A stretch of 64,000 nt of DNA from Luminiphilus sp. (GTDB lineage: Bacteria > Pseudomonadota > Gammaproteobacteria > Pseudomonadales > Halieaceae): assembly GCA_965658685.1 (NCBI GenBank), contig CBFHTF010000004.1, positions 183 to 64,182 of the forward strand. Reading direction: 5' to 3'. Of this stretch, positions 39,448-49,164 are shown one piece after another. The notes under the pieces were generated by a model. It worked only from the letters and a program-made list of their open reading frames with translations, searched no databases and was not told where the DNA came from. The translations under genes were made by a program, and so were the position numbers. How positions within the stretch are numbered: the stretch's first letter is position 1; each line of letters starts with the position of its first letter.

Positions 39448-40815
39448 TTAGCTGGCCACCGGTTCGCGCATGGTGACAAATTCTTCAGCAGCGGTTGGAT
39501 GAATGCCGATAGTGCGGTCGAAGTCCCGTTTGGTGGCACCGACGCGCATCGCAATGGCCATACCTTGGCATATCTCGCCAGCATCGGGTCCTACCATGTG
39601 CAAGCCAACGACTTTGTCGGAGGCCTTGTCGACGATCAGTTTGAACATTGACCGTTCGTCTCTCCCGCTGAGTGTATGTTTCATCGGTTTAAATTCTGAG
39701 CGGTAAACCGCTACCTCGCCAAAGGTGGCCCGCGCTTGCTCCTCGGTATACCCCACAGTGCCGACATTGGGCTGACTGAAAACGGCGGTGGCAATATAGT
39801 CATAATCGACTGAATCGGGTTCGTTGCCAAAGTAGCGCCTCGCAAAGGCCATACCTTGGGCGAGCGCCACTGGCGTGAGCTGTGGCCCCCCAATCATATC
39901 CCCGAGCGCGAATATTGACGGCTCTTGGGTCTGAAAATGGTCATCTACCTTGATGAAGCCGTGCTCGGTATAAGTTACATCGGTGATTTCGAGGTTCAGG
40001 CCTTGTAAGTTAGGCCGCCTGCCTGTCGCGCAAAGAATAGCGTCGGCTTCAACAGTACTGCCATCGTCCATAACCGCAAGATAGCCATCGGCAGTCAGTT
40101 CAATGCGGTCTGGGTCAGTATTGAAGCGCAAGTCGACACCCGACTTACGAACCTCGCCAGCCAGAAACTGCCGGATGTCGGTGTCGAAGCCTCGCATGAA
40201 CAGGTCGCCGCGATAAACTTGGGTCACTCGCGATCCCAGCCCGTTGAAAATGCCTGCGAATTCAGTAGCAATGTAGCCACCGCCTATAATCAACAAGCGC
40301 TCAGGAAAAGTCTCCAGATCAAAAATCTCATTCGATGTGAGCATGTGCTCGGCGCCAGGCATGGTAGGTACGAACGGCCAGGTTCCGGTTGCCAACAAAA
40401 TTTTCTCGGCCGTGTAGTCGACGCCATTGACCTGAACAGTGTGGGCATCGTGAAGACTTGCACGCCCCTCAATAATGGTGGCACCGGGATTTTCAAGTAG
40501 CCGTTCGTAAATGGCGTTAAGACGCGATATCTCGGCTTTTTTATTGTCTCTCAAGGTGGCCCAATCAAAGTGTGGAGATTCGCTAGTCCAGCCAAAGCCC
40601 TGGGCATCTTTGAAGCCTTTGCCGAACTCGCTGGCATAAACATACAGTTTCTTGGGCACGCAACCGACATTGACGCAGGTACCGCCCATATAACGATCTT
40701 CGGCAATGGCTACCTTGGCACCCATGGCAGCGGCCATACGCGCCGCACGCACCCCGCCTGAGCCGGCGCCAATCACAAATAAGTCGTAGTCGTAGCCGGT
40801 GTTACCCTGTTTCAT
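39448..40815 (-). CDS. gor: Glutathione-disulfide reductase
   Basis: DLFVIGAGSGG, redox-active GGTCVNVGCVPKK and C-terminal HPTAAEE motifs. ATG 40815 is preceded by AAGGA (the maximal ORF starts at GTG 40830). Confidence 0.9.
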   Translation of the reverse strand: MKQGNTGYDYDLFVIGAGSGGVRAARMAAAMGAKVAIAEDRYMGGTCVNVGCVPKKLYVYASEFGKGFKDAQGFGWTSESPHFDWATLRDNKKAEISRLNAIYERLLENPGATIIEGRASLHDAHTVQVNGVDYTAEKILLATGTWPFVPTMPGAEHMLTSNEIFDLETFPERLLIIGGGYIATEFAGIFNGLGSRVTQVYRGDLFMRGFDTDIRQFLAGEVRKSGVDLRFNTDPDRIELTADGYLAVMDDGSTVEADAILCATGRRPNLQGLNLEITDVTYTEHGFIKVDDHFQTQEPSIFALGDMIGGPQLTPVALAQGMAFARRYFGNEPDSVDYDYIATAVFSQPNVGTVGYTEEQARATFGEVAVYRSEFKPMKHTLSGRDERSMFKLIVDKASDKVVGLHMVGPDAGEICQGMAIAMRVGATKRDFDRTIGIHPTAAEEFVTMREPVAS

Positions 40816-40946
40816 GCTGAATCCTTGCACTGTTGTGTCGAAGACATACCACTAAGTGGGCATATCAATCGGATTTTTCATTCAAACTCGACGCCTTATG
40901 CCGTAGAGTCGCGCCCCATCAAAAAAACCTGCTTACGGAGGCTGTT

Positions 40947-42059
40947 ATGCGCAAACCACAAACTATGCGCTACTTCGCCGGTGCGTTAGTTCTTGTCTGC
41001 GCCTATGCACTCGTGACCACTTCACAAGCTGTTGCTGCCGTTGATCCGATGCTGACCAAGGACGATCGAAGTGTCGCGACGGTCGAGTTAACAGATGGCT
41101 CACTCATTGTCGGACGAGTCATCGATATTGTTGAGGATAACCTACATCTCGATACCGCGTTTAGTGATGACCTCGCTATAGATTTGGCATTGGTGAAGAA
41201 TTTTAGATGGTTTGAGAAAACTGAGCTGCTATTAGATGACGAGCGGCTTGTAGCTCTCGACATGCTACAGGTGCGCGATGGTGAATTGATCATTGGCGAC
41301 GAGCACATTGATGTCGAGGCCATCGACACTATGAACCCCGCCGAGTGGGAGACCGGCAAGGGTTATCAGTGGACGGGGAATGCCAGTATGGCCGCGGCCA
41401 TCTCACGGGGTAACACACAGACCGATGAGCTCGATGTAGCGCTAAATACCGTGCTGACCAGTGTTCGCGATCGCTACACCATCAACACCCGGCTTGAGCA
41501 AGATTACAATTACGCGCAAGCTGTCGATGGCGAAACCACCCGAGATAAAGTTCCCACAGCAGATAATTGGAAGGTGCTGGGTAAATACGATTATTTTCTC
41601 GACAACCCCAGAAATGATCTGGGTGTAAATGCCTCGGTCGAGGCAGATGCACTTGCTGGCATTGCTCAACGGACTTACGCGGGTCCCTATGCGGGCCGTC
41701 GTCTTATCGAGGGGCCTACCCTGAGCCTCGATGGCGAATTGGGATTGGCACTGGTTAACACCGACTATGATCCAGCCGTGAATCAGGCAGATACCGACTA
41801 CACGGGTCTCAATTGGAATATTACGGGTAGCAGTTCGGTATGGGGAGCCGACGCTAAACTTTATTTGCGTCACGTTGGTATTTTCGATTTGCAAGAGATC
41901 GACCAGATCATCTTGAAGACCACCGTGGGGTTAACATTCCCGTTATTATTAGGTCTTGAGGGAGCTGCAGAACTCACCTTTGATTATGACGGTACCGCGG
42001 CTGAAGGTCGTGATGAAATCGATCAAGCCTACCGCTTCCGCATCGGCTACGCATGGTAA
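40947..42059 (+). CDS. Putative outer-membrane beta-barrel protein (DUF481/YdiY-like) with N-terminal extension
   Basis: Signal peptide MRKPQTMRYFAGALVLVCAYALVTTSQAVAA, barrel-like C-terminal half and terminal ..RFRIGYAW. The family call is tentative. Confidence 0.55.
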   Translation: MRKPQTMRYFAGALVLVCAYALVTTSQAVAAVDPMLTKDDRSVATVELTDGSLIVGRVIDIVEDNLHLDTAFSDDLAIDLALVKNFRWFEKTELLLDDERLVALDMLQVRDGELIIGDEHIDVEAIDTMNPAEWETGKGYQWTGNASMAAAISRGNTQTDELDVALNTVLTSVRDRYTINTRLEQDYNYAQAVDGETTRDKVPTADNWKVLGKYDYFLDNPRNDLGVNASVEADALAGIAQRTYAGPYAGRRLIEGPTLSLDGELGLALVNTDYDPAVNQADTDYTGLNWNITGSSSVWGADAKLYLRHVGIFDLQEIDQIILKTTVGLTFPLLLGLEGAAELTFDYDGTAAEGRDEIDQAYRFRIGYAW

Positions 42060-42098
42060 CGATCTGATGGTTCGCCCAACGAAAACGACCTTAATACG

Positions 42099-43475
42099 AT
42101 GATGCCAACGGCCGATAGCGTCTGCTTGCTGCCACTGGGTGGTTGCGGTGAAATTGGGATGAATCTCAATTTGTACAGCCACGCTGGGCGTTGGCTGATG
42201 GTCGATTGCGGCATAACCTTTGAGCACAATCCAAAGAGCAGCAGCGGCAGGCCATCGATTCAAATGCCTGATCCCCAGTTTATCGTCGATCAGAGCCATC
42301 GGCTGGATGGCCTTATCATTACCCATGCTCATGAAGATCACATTGGTGCAGTACCCTACCTTTGGCAGCGTTTTGGTTGTCCGGTGTACACAACGCCGTT
42401 TACCGCCTCTGTGTTACGGCGTAAAGCCGGGTGGCGTGGTGCCGGCTTACCAGAGCCTCTTATTGAAGTAGAACCCGGCTCGCGTCATCTCTTGGGTAAC
42501 TTTGACGTTGAATGGTTGCCGTTGACCCACTCAACCCCAGAAACTTGTGCACTGCTAATTCGGGCAGGTGGTGGTCGGATACTGCATACCGCCGACTGGA
42601 AGGTGGATGGACGACCCGTCGTGGGAAACCCTTGGCAGCCGAGCGATTGGCAAAGTACGGCGCTGCATAATGTTGACGCAGTCGTCTGTGATTCGACTAA
42701 TGCTTTGAAGCCCGGCAAGTCACCCACCGAAGGCGATGTTGCTGATGGATTGCTGCAAACTATTGCGCCGCGCACCGGTAAGGTGGTGGTGGCCTGTTTT
42801 GCCAGCAACGTGGCTCGCCTGCAGTCGATATTACGCATTGCCCACGCTACAGGTCGACGCGTTGGCTTGCTTGGCAGAAGCCTAGACAACATGTATCGCT
42901 GTGCACTCACGAATGATTTGCTGCATTCCGATTTCCGTCCTATTGATGCGCGACATCTGGAGTACTTGCCACCCCGGGAGGTTCTGGCGATTGCAACGGG
43001 TAGTCAGGGTGAGGTGGGCGCTGCATTGCACAAACTCGGTATGGACAGCCATCCCCAGCTCAGTGTCGGCGAGGGCGACACGGTTATTTTCAGTGCCAAG
43101 ACGATACCTGGTAACGAGGCAGCGGTTACACGCACGATCGAGTATTTGCAGGCCCGTGGTGTCTCTGTGATACATGCCGACAACAGCAGCAAACTGCTAC
43201 ATGCGTCGGGCCACCCCTGCGTCGATGAACTAACAGCGCTGTACAGTCACACGCGGCCAAAATTAGCTATTCCGGTGCATGGTGAGGACAGCCATATGCA
43301 GGCCAACGCTCGGATTGCGAGAGCCTCTGGGGTCCCTACCGTAATGACAGGCGTTAATGGTGACTTGTTTTATTTATACCCAACGCCCGGTATTCGACGG
43401 CGTTGGGCCTCGGTTGGGCGCTTGGAGTGGTTGGAGTCAGACCGGTTATTACGCCCCGTGGCTATTGACGCCTGA
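42099..43475 (+). CDS. rnj: Ribonuclease J-like metallo-beta-lactamase / beta-CASP RNase
   Basis: LGGCGEIGMNLNLY and ITHAHEDHIGAVPYL (HxHxDH), then beta-CASP-like segments and HASGH near the C-terminus. Short (458 aa) compared with Firmicute RNase J. Confidence 0.75.
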   Translation: MMPTADSVCLLPLGGCGEIGMNLNLYSHAGRWLMVDCGITFEHNPKSSSGRPSIQMPDPQFIVDQSHRLDGLIITHAHEDHIGAVPYLWQRFGCPVYTTPFTASVLRRKAGWRGAGLPEPLIEVEPGSRHLLGNFDVEWLPLTHSTPETCALLIRAGGGRILHTADWKVDGRPVVGNPWQPSDWQSTALHNVDAVVCDSTNALKPGKSPTEGDVADGLLQTIAPRTGKVVVACFASNVARLQSILRIAHATGRRVGLLGRSLDNMYRCALTNDLLHSDFRPIDARHLEYLPPREVLAIATGSQGEVGAALHKLGMDSHPQLSVGEGDTVIFSAKTIPGNEAAVTRTIEYLQARGVSVIHADNSSKLLHASGHPCVDELTALYSHTRPKLAIPVHGEDSHMQANARIARASGVPTVMTGVNGDLFYLYPTPGIRRRWASVGRLEWLESDRLLRPVAIDA

Positions 43476-46068
43476 TGCCCTCGCGCCCTGTTGTTAGGGC
43501 ACGATTAGCGGTAGTCGCCGCCTCTAGATTCGGCAGAGTAAGCGGGTAGTCGCTTGAAAAGTCGAGACCATCGATGTTTTGACTGGCATCCAAGCGCTGG
43601 GGTGACTCCACCACTTGGTAAGCACCGCAAGCTTCACCCTCGTCGCAGATGAAATTGTCGTTGTCGGTATCGGTGCCCGCCCATAGCTCGTAGTTGCCGG
43701 CGGGTATATCCCTCAAAATAAAGTCGTAGTTGTCCTCAAGACGAGTCACAGTTTGTGCGATAACTTCTTGCGTCTCTGACTCAATGACCAGCAAATACAC
43801 GGTGCCAAGATCGCCTTTGAGTCCTCCGCCGACGCGCATAATGACGTTAACCTCGCCGTCACCTGCAGTGCTCTTTACGGTAGCCCTGCCTAAGTAGCTA
43901 CCAGGCCCCAAGGCGGCTCGGTCGAGGGTGAGGCGCCAGTTACCGAGGCCAGTACCGGTGGTGGCTAAGGGCTCGATCGATAACCAGGGGACATCGCTGC
44001 TGGCGTCAATAATGCTAAGTTCACCACCGCCAAGATTACTGACAATGATGTCCGCTTCATCGAGGGCGGTGCCGAAGTTGATGGTTCTTGATGACAGACC
44101 TAAGCGTGGTGGTAAGTTAAGCGTGCCGCCGGCAGCTTCAACCGCAGTTGCGACGGCCTTCGCACCGTTAATCAGCCCCCAACCATAATCGTTATCTCTG
44201 CCTGCAGGGCCAAGATCATCAGTTAGCAGCCCTGCTTCTAGGAACGTTTGCAAATCTGTACCCGTAAGGGCGGGATTGACCGACTTCATCAGCGCGAAGA
44301 TACCGGACACATGGGGCGTTGCCATCGATGTGCCCTCGAGTAGCACGTATTCAGGGCTGCCACCGGTGTAATAGGTGCTCAAGACACCATCGGGTTGGCC
44401 ATCGCCATTGCGATCGGTGTCCAAGCGACCACCCGGTGCCACCAAGTCGAGATTGTTACCACTGTTGGAGTAAGACGTTTGATTGGCTTGGGCATCGGTG
44501 GCGCCAACAGCAAAAACATTGTCATATCCCGCTGGATAGTCGACGGAAGAGGCGCCCTCGTTGCCGCTTGCTGCCACGATGATAGTGCCCTGTTGCGCAA
44601 TCGCATTGATGAGATTCTGCTCGGCGGTGCTAAATGTGCCGGCACCTAAGCTCAAGTTGATGATATCGGCAGCCTTGCTTGGGAGCTGACCTGCATCGTT
44701 GTCGAAGCCGGCTGCATAGCGCATGGCTTGTAAAACGTCGTAAATGTTGCCACTGCCATCTGCTGCCAATGCTCGCAATGGCATGATACGGCTGTTATAG
44801 GCCACACCGGCAATACCAATACCATTGTTACCCGTAGCAGCTACCGTGCCCGCTACATGGAGTCCATGAAAGCTACCCGTACGCAGGGCACCCGCGTCAC
44901 CGCCGACATCTGTGGGATCGTTGTCTAGGCCATCGCCATCGGCGGCATCGCTTGGGTTTGCGATGAAATCGAAGCCATCCACTAACTGTCCGATAATATC
45001 CGGGTGATCGGTGATGATCCCTGAATCAATGACAGCCACTACTACATCGGGACTTCCGGTGGTCACGTCCCAAGCGGCGGGCACATTGATGAGTTCGTAG
45101 TGCCATAAAAAGTCGATGAAACGATCGTTCGGCAGCGCGGTGGCGCGAACTTTTCGGTTGGGCAGCGCATGACGAACCCCTGGTAAGCTCGCAATTAATT
45201 TCGCAGCGACCCCACTCTCCCACTGTTCCAGCAGCGCACTGTCATGACGCAAACTCTCGCGCTGAGCATACATCCGCGTGCTTAGAGTCACTCGATCTAG
45301 CAGGCTCGATCCGGGTAGCGTGACCAGTCGTCGAAGTCGTCCTACGTCGCCGCCGCGCTCTGTTAGACCGAACGTCGCTTCAACATGATGCCGCCGTTGC
45401 TGGCTGACTTCAGGTAACAACACCATCTCTGAATCGAAAGTGACCAACACTTCACCTGCAACCACAGACGTCGCTGGTGCAGCGATAAGGCTGTTGCCCA
45501 GTGCTATGTTGTAATTGGACGCACCACTGAACACCTCGACGGAAACGTAGTAAACCGCGTCATCGGGCACCGATATTTGCTCGATTTGATCGACGCCATT
45601 GGAGAAAGCCACCGCATTACCCCCCTCGTCATAGAGGTAAAGATCGAGATCGGCGTTTTGGTAATCGCCAATGAAGAGTGTTACCTGCATGTTTGCAGCA
45701 GTTGCTATGCGGTAGATGTCGATATCATCGCCCTGTTCGAAGCTGTTGCCCGGCTCGCCCTCATCAGCGCCATTGACGTAGCCACCGATGGTTGCGGGCA
45801 CACTAATGGCTTGGGCGCTACTAATGTCATTGTTCGCGATAACGTCATTATCGATGTTGTTGGTGTCGTTATCGATAACCGCATCGCTGAGGGTGCTCAA
45901 ACTACCTGTCAGCGTGACGAACCCTGGTGGCTCGGGCTCGGGCTCGGGCTCTGGCTCGGGCTCTGGCACCGGCGTATCATCGGTGCCGCCATCAGCACCG
46001 CCACCACACCCTTGGAGACTGATGACCAGCAGCGTTGCACTAATGACGGTTACCAGTGGGTGCAGCAT
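43462..46068 (-). CDS. S8 (subtilisin-like) serine peptidase, lipoprotein, multi-domain
   Basis: Lipobox SLQGC, (PE)7 linker and a PPC-like domain (DIDIYRI...YYVSVEVF). Catalytic triad contexts are VVAVIDSGI, HGLHVAGTVAA and GTSMATPHVSG. Extra C-terminal beta domains. Confidence 0.9.
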   Translation of the reverse strand: MLHPLVTVISATLLVISLQGCGGGADGGTDDTPVPEPEPEPEPEPEPPGFVTLTGSLSTLSDAVIDNDTNNIDNDVIANNDISSAQAISVPATIGGYVNGADEGEPGNSFEQGDDIDIYRIATAANMQVTLFIGDYQNADLDLYLYDEGGNAVAFSNGVDQIEQISVPDDAVYYVSVEVFSGASNYNIALGNSLIAAPATSVVAGEVLVTFDSEMVLLPEVSQQRRHHVEATFGLTERGGDVGRLRRLVTLPGSSLLDRVTLSTRMYAQRESLRHDSALLEQWESGVAAKLIASLPGVRHALPNRKVRATALPNDRFIDFLWHYELINVPAAWDVTTGSPDVVVAVIDSGIITDHPDIIGQLVDGFDFIANPSDAADGDGLDNDPTDVGGDAGALRTGSFHGLHVAGTVAATGNNGIGIAGVAYNSRIMPLRALAADGSGNIYDVLQAMRYAAGFDNDAGQLPSKAADIINLSLGAGTFSTAEQNLINAIAQQGTIIVAASGNEGASSVDYPAGYDNVFAVGATDAQANQTSYSNSGNNLDLVAPGGRLDTDRNGDGQPDGVLSTYYTGGSPEYVLLEGTSMATPHVSGIFALMKSVNPALTGTDLQTFLEAGLLTDDLGPAGRDNDYGWGLINGAKAVATAVEAAGGTLNLPPRLGLSSRTINFGTALDEADIIVSNLGGGELSIIDASSDVPWLSIEPLATTGTGLGNWRLTLDRAALGPGSYLGRATVKSTAGDGEVNVIMRVGGGLKGDLGTVYLLVIESETQEVIAQTVTRLEDNYDFILRDIPAGNYELWAGTDTDNDNFICDEGEACGAYQVVESPQRLDASQNIDGLDFSSDYPLTLPNLEAATTANRALTTGREGIRRQ
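45929..45964. repeat. 6-bp tandem repeat GGCTCK, 6 copies (encodes the PE linker on the minus strand)
   Basis: ggctcgggctcgggctcgggctctggctcgggctct read directly; corresponds to PEPEPEPEPEPEPEP in the S8 peptidase. Confidence 0.85.
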
Positions 46069-46072
46069 CGTG

Positions 46073-47053
46073 TCAGGTCCTGCAGTCGAGTACTAACTTG
46101 CCTACATGGACGCCCGCTTGCATTGCTTGCTGTGCGGCCATTGCATCTCTTAGTGGGAATTGCTCGTGAATAATGGGTCGGATAGCGCCGTTAGCAATAG
46201 GCTTCATCATCTGCTGGCGAATGGACTCAAAGGCCGCAGTTTTCTCGGCAAGCCCCATACCTCGAAGTGTGCTGCCGGTGATATGTAAACGTTTTTGCAA
46301 AATAGTGAACAAGTTTATCTCTGCTTTTATGCCGCGCATCATGCCAATGCAAACAACACGACCATCGGTGGCCGCCAGATCGAGATTGAGTTGTGTGTAG
46401 TCGCCCCCGGCCATATCCAGCACAACATCAATGGCGCCGGCGTAACCCGCTGTCTCTACTTGTGCCAACAAAGGCTCAGCCAAATAGTCGAATACGGCGT
46501 CGGCGCCAAGAGCAGCTACTTTGGCGCATTTGTCAGGGCCACCCGCCGTGGTGAGTACCTGAGCACCCAATACTTTAGCTATTTGAATGCCAATACTACC
46601 AATACCGCTACTACCGCCATGCAGCAATAGTGTGTCATCAGCCTTTAACTGTCCCAGTACAACGACGTTGTGCCACACCGTAAGCAGGGCTTCTGGTAGG
46701 GCAGCTGCCTCGGTCAAACTGAGGTTTTCGGGCACCTCCAAACAGTGATCAACACGGGCTATGGCGTAATTGGCATAGCCGCCGCCGGCAACCAGAGCAC
46801 ACACCCGACTTCCCAGCTCTAAGGTCTCAGAGCCCGCACCGTTGGCCACCACAGTGCCTGCAACCTCAAGACCCATAATGGGTGATGCACCCGCGGGCAC
46901 CGGATAGAGTCCTACCCTTTGCAATAAATCGGCGCGATTCACACCCGCAAAATGCACGTCGATGAGCACCTCGCCCGGTCCCGGCTGTGGCGCTGAATCA
47001 TGTCTAAGCGTCAGTGATTCGGCGCTTTCAATATCAATATAGGTACGTTGCAT
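46073..47053 (-). CDS. NAD(P)H:quinone oxidoreductase (zeta-crystallin/PIG3-type MDR)
   Basis: GEVLIDVHFAGVNRADLLQRVGLYP and GGSSGIGS nucleotide motif. ATGA overlap with the upstream hydrolase gene. Confidence 0.85.
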   Translation of the reverse strand: MQRTYIDIESAESLTLRHDSAPQPGPGEVLIDVHFAGVNRADLLQRVGLYPVPAGASPIMGLEVAGTVVANGAGSETLELGSRVCALVAGGGYANYAIARVDHCLEVPENLSLTEAAALPEALLTVWHNVVVLGQLKADDTLLLHGGSSGIGSIGIQIAKVLGAQVLTTAGGPDKCAKVAALGADAVFDYLAEPLLAQVETAGYAGAIDVVLDMAGGDYTQLNLDLAATDGRVVCIGMMRGIKAEINLFTILQKRLHITGSTLRGMGLAEKTAAFESIRQQMMKPIANGAIRPIIHEQFPLRDAMAAQQAMQAGVHVGKLVLDCRT

Positions 47054-47943
47054 CAGTCATCTTCGGTAGTGGATACAGTATCTAGCCATTCGGCGATTAG
47101 GTTAATCAGGTGTCGGTGACCCTCGGTTGGGCCCTCGGAACTGGCAAAACCATGGGCTTCTTGTGGGTAGTGTTCATAACTGACAGCCACACCCGACTGC
47201 CGCATTTTAATAGCAAGCCGTTTACCGTCGTCGCGCAGCGGGTCCCGCTCGGCGGTAATGATGAGGCTTGCGGGAAAGTGGCGGTAATCGGTGCGCCGGT
47301 TAACAAAAATGGTTTTTGTCTCGGGGTCGGCGGCTGCATGACCTGCTAAATAGGTATCCATAAACCAACGCAATATGGGCAGCGTCAGAGGTTTAGACTT
47401 ACTGTGTTCAGTAAACGATGGCAACCCGGCAAGGTAGTGTTCGGTAGCGGGATAAATCATGCAAGTGCCGACTATCTTTGGGTTTGGTAGCAGGCTGGCG
47501 CCAGTGGCTGCCGTTAAATTACCGCCAGCGCTGTCACCCGCCAACACAATCGTGCCATTGTTGGGCGCAAGGTGGTTGAGCTGATCGAGCAGCCATTGAC
47601 TGCCGTCTAGACAGTCGTCATGTGCAGCGGGGAAGGGATGCTCGGGGGCCAAGCGGTAGTCCAGCGCTACTAGCGTACAGCCCGATGCCTCAGCCAGTGC
47701 TCGACAAAATGCGTCGTGGGTCTCGAGATTACCAATACACCAGCCGCCCCCATGGTAGAAAATAACCAATGGCCTATTGACTGAGCCGTGATACATGCGT
47801 GCCCGCATATCCCCTGCGCGTACCGGAATCACTAAGTGACTGATTTTAATATCTTGGCCCGTGCCGTGGCCTGCCCAGACCTTGCGGTTGATCCAGTTGT
47901 AATAGGCTCGAAACGCCTGCGCTTTAAGTCGCGTTAGGCGCAT
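47053..47943 (-). CDS. Alpha/beta hydrolase (HSL-type esterase/lipase)
   Basis: Oxyanion YHGGGW, nucleophile GDSAGGN and C-terminal HGF. Start uncertain (ATG 47943 or 47970; the maximal ORF at 48009 overlaps the upstream gene by 86 bp). Confidence 0.8.
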   Translation of the reverse strand: MRLTRLKAQAFRAYYNWINRKVWAGHGTGQDIKISHLVIPVRAGDMRARMYHGSVNRPLVIFYHGGGWCIGNLETHDAFCRALAEASGCTLVALDYRLAPEHPFPAAHDDCLDGSQWLLDQLNHLAPNNGTIVLAGDSAGGNLTAATGASLLPNPKIVGTCMIYPATEHYLAGLPSFTEHSKSKPLTLPILRWFMDTYLAGHAAADPETKTIFVNRRTDYRHFPASLIITAERDPLRDDGKRLAIKMRQSGVAVSYEHYPQEAHGFASSEGPTEGHRHLINLIAEWLDTVSTTEDD

Positions 47944-49033
47944 GGTCGTCGGTATCGATATAGCGCGCATCCGGGTTCTGCAAGTGCCACCAAACCCCGT
48001 CTGCATCACGTTCCCGGGTAATGTTGCCGCGATGCAACAACAAGTTCAGGTTGGCTTGGGTTTCGCCCGTGGCCAGCCCTAGAAGTTTATTCGTGATGTC
48101 GCGTACAAATAGCGCTGGGAAGCAATCAACCACGCGTTTCGGTTCGGTGAGAAATTCATATACCGCCTGCAGCTCACGACGATGCCCATCAATGATTTGA
48201 TTAAGGCGCACATGCAAGCCTGTAAAGGGTGATTGGTGAGCAGGCAGTACCAACAGATCATTTGGCAGGATACTAATCAGGCGCGCGTTGGAATCCATCC
48301 ACTCGGCAAGTGGATTGCCATTGGGCTCGGTAGGAAATACCGACACGTTGGGTGTGATACGTGGGAGTACTTGATCGCCGCCGATGAGCAGACGCAGCGC
48401 TGGGCAATACAGGCACGCATGCTCTGGCGAGTGGCCGGCGCCTACAATAACCTGCCAGTAGCGACCACCAATCGTAATGGTTTCGCGGTCGACAATGCGC
48501 CGGAAACGATGGGGCATGGGTGAAATCATGCTGCCAAATCCACCGAAACGCTGTTGATATTGCTGTAATTGGTGCTCGTCGTAACCCGCACCGCGATAGA
48601 AATCGATGGCCTCGGAGGGCGCCTCTTGTCCCGTGTAACTGGCCATTAACTGACACATGAGGTACTCCTCACGGGTCATCCAGAGCTCGCAGTCGAAGCG
48701 GTTACACAGCCATCCTGCGAGTCCGATATGGTCGGGGTGCATATGGGTGCAAATCACCCGTTTTACGGGCTTTTTAGCCATGAAACCCATCATGAGATCT
48801 TCCCACAACGCTTTGGCGTCGGGCATGGCTAGGCAAGTATCAACGACGGTCCACCCGTCATCGTCTTCTAATAGCCAGATATTGATGTGGTCGAGGGAAA
48901 TGGGCATGGGGAAGCGTACCCACCAGACACCGTCTGCCACCTCAAAAGGCTGGCCGCCCTCGGGCGCTGATTTGCGGCCCCAGGGGTAGATCAAGCCGCG
49001 GTAGTTTTCATTGGTTCTTGTCAGTGACGTCAT
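47924..49033 (-). CDS. MBL-fold metallo-hydrolase
   Basis: CTHMHPDHIGLAGW (HxHxDH) and a later GAGHSPEH motif. Confidence 0.8.
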   Translation of the reverse strand: MTSLTRTNENYRGLIYPWGRKSAPEGGQPFEVADGVWWVRFPMPISLDHINIWLLEDDDGWTVVDTCLAMPDAKALWEDLMMGFMAKKPVKRVICTHMHPDHIGLAGWLCNRFDCELWMTREEYLMCQLMASYTGQEAPSEAIDFYRGAGYDEHQLQQYQQRFGGFGSMISPMPHRFRRIVDRETITIGGRYWQVIVGAGHSPEHACLYCPALRLLIGGDQVLPRITPNVSVFPTEPNGNPLAEWMDSNARLISILPNDLLVLPAHQSPFTGLHVRLNQIIDGHRRELQAVYEFLTEPKRVVDCFPALFVRDITNKLLGLATGETQANLNLLLHRGNITRERDADGVWWHLQNPDARYIDTDDHAPNAT

Positions 49034-49164
49034 AATCGAGTGCTACTTTAGTCCCACATCACCACCAGTTTGCGTTGCTCTTCTTGGCTTGTCTATTGGC
49101 CTTTTTAGTCTACGCTTAACGAATGATCGCTCAACAAGTATGCCACGAATAACGGGGAGCAGAG

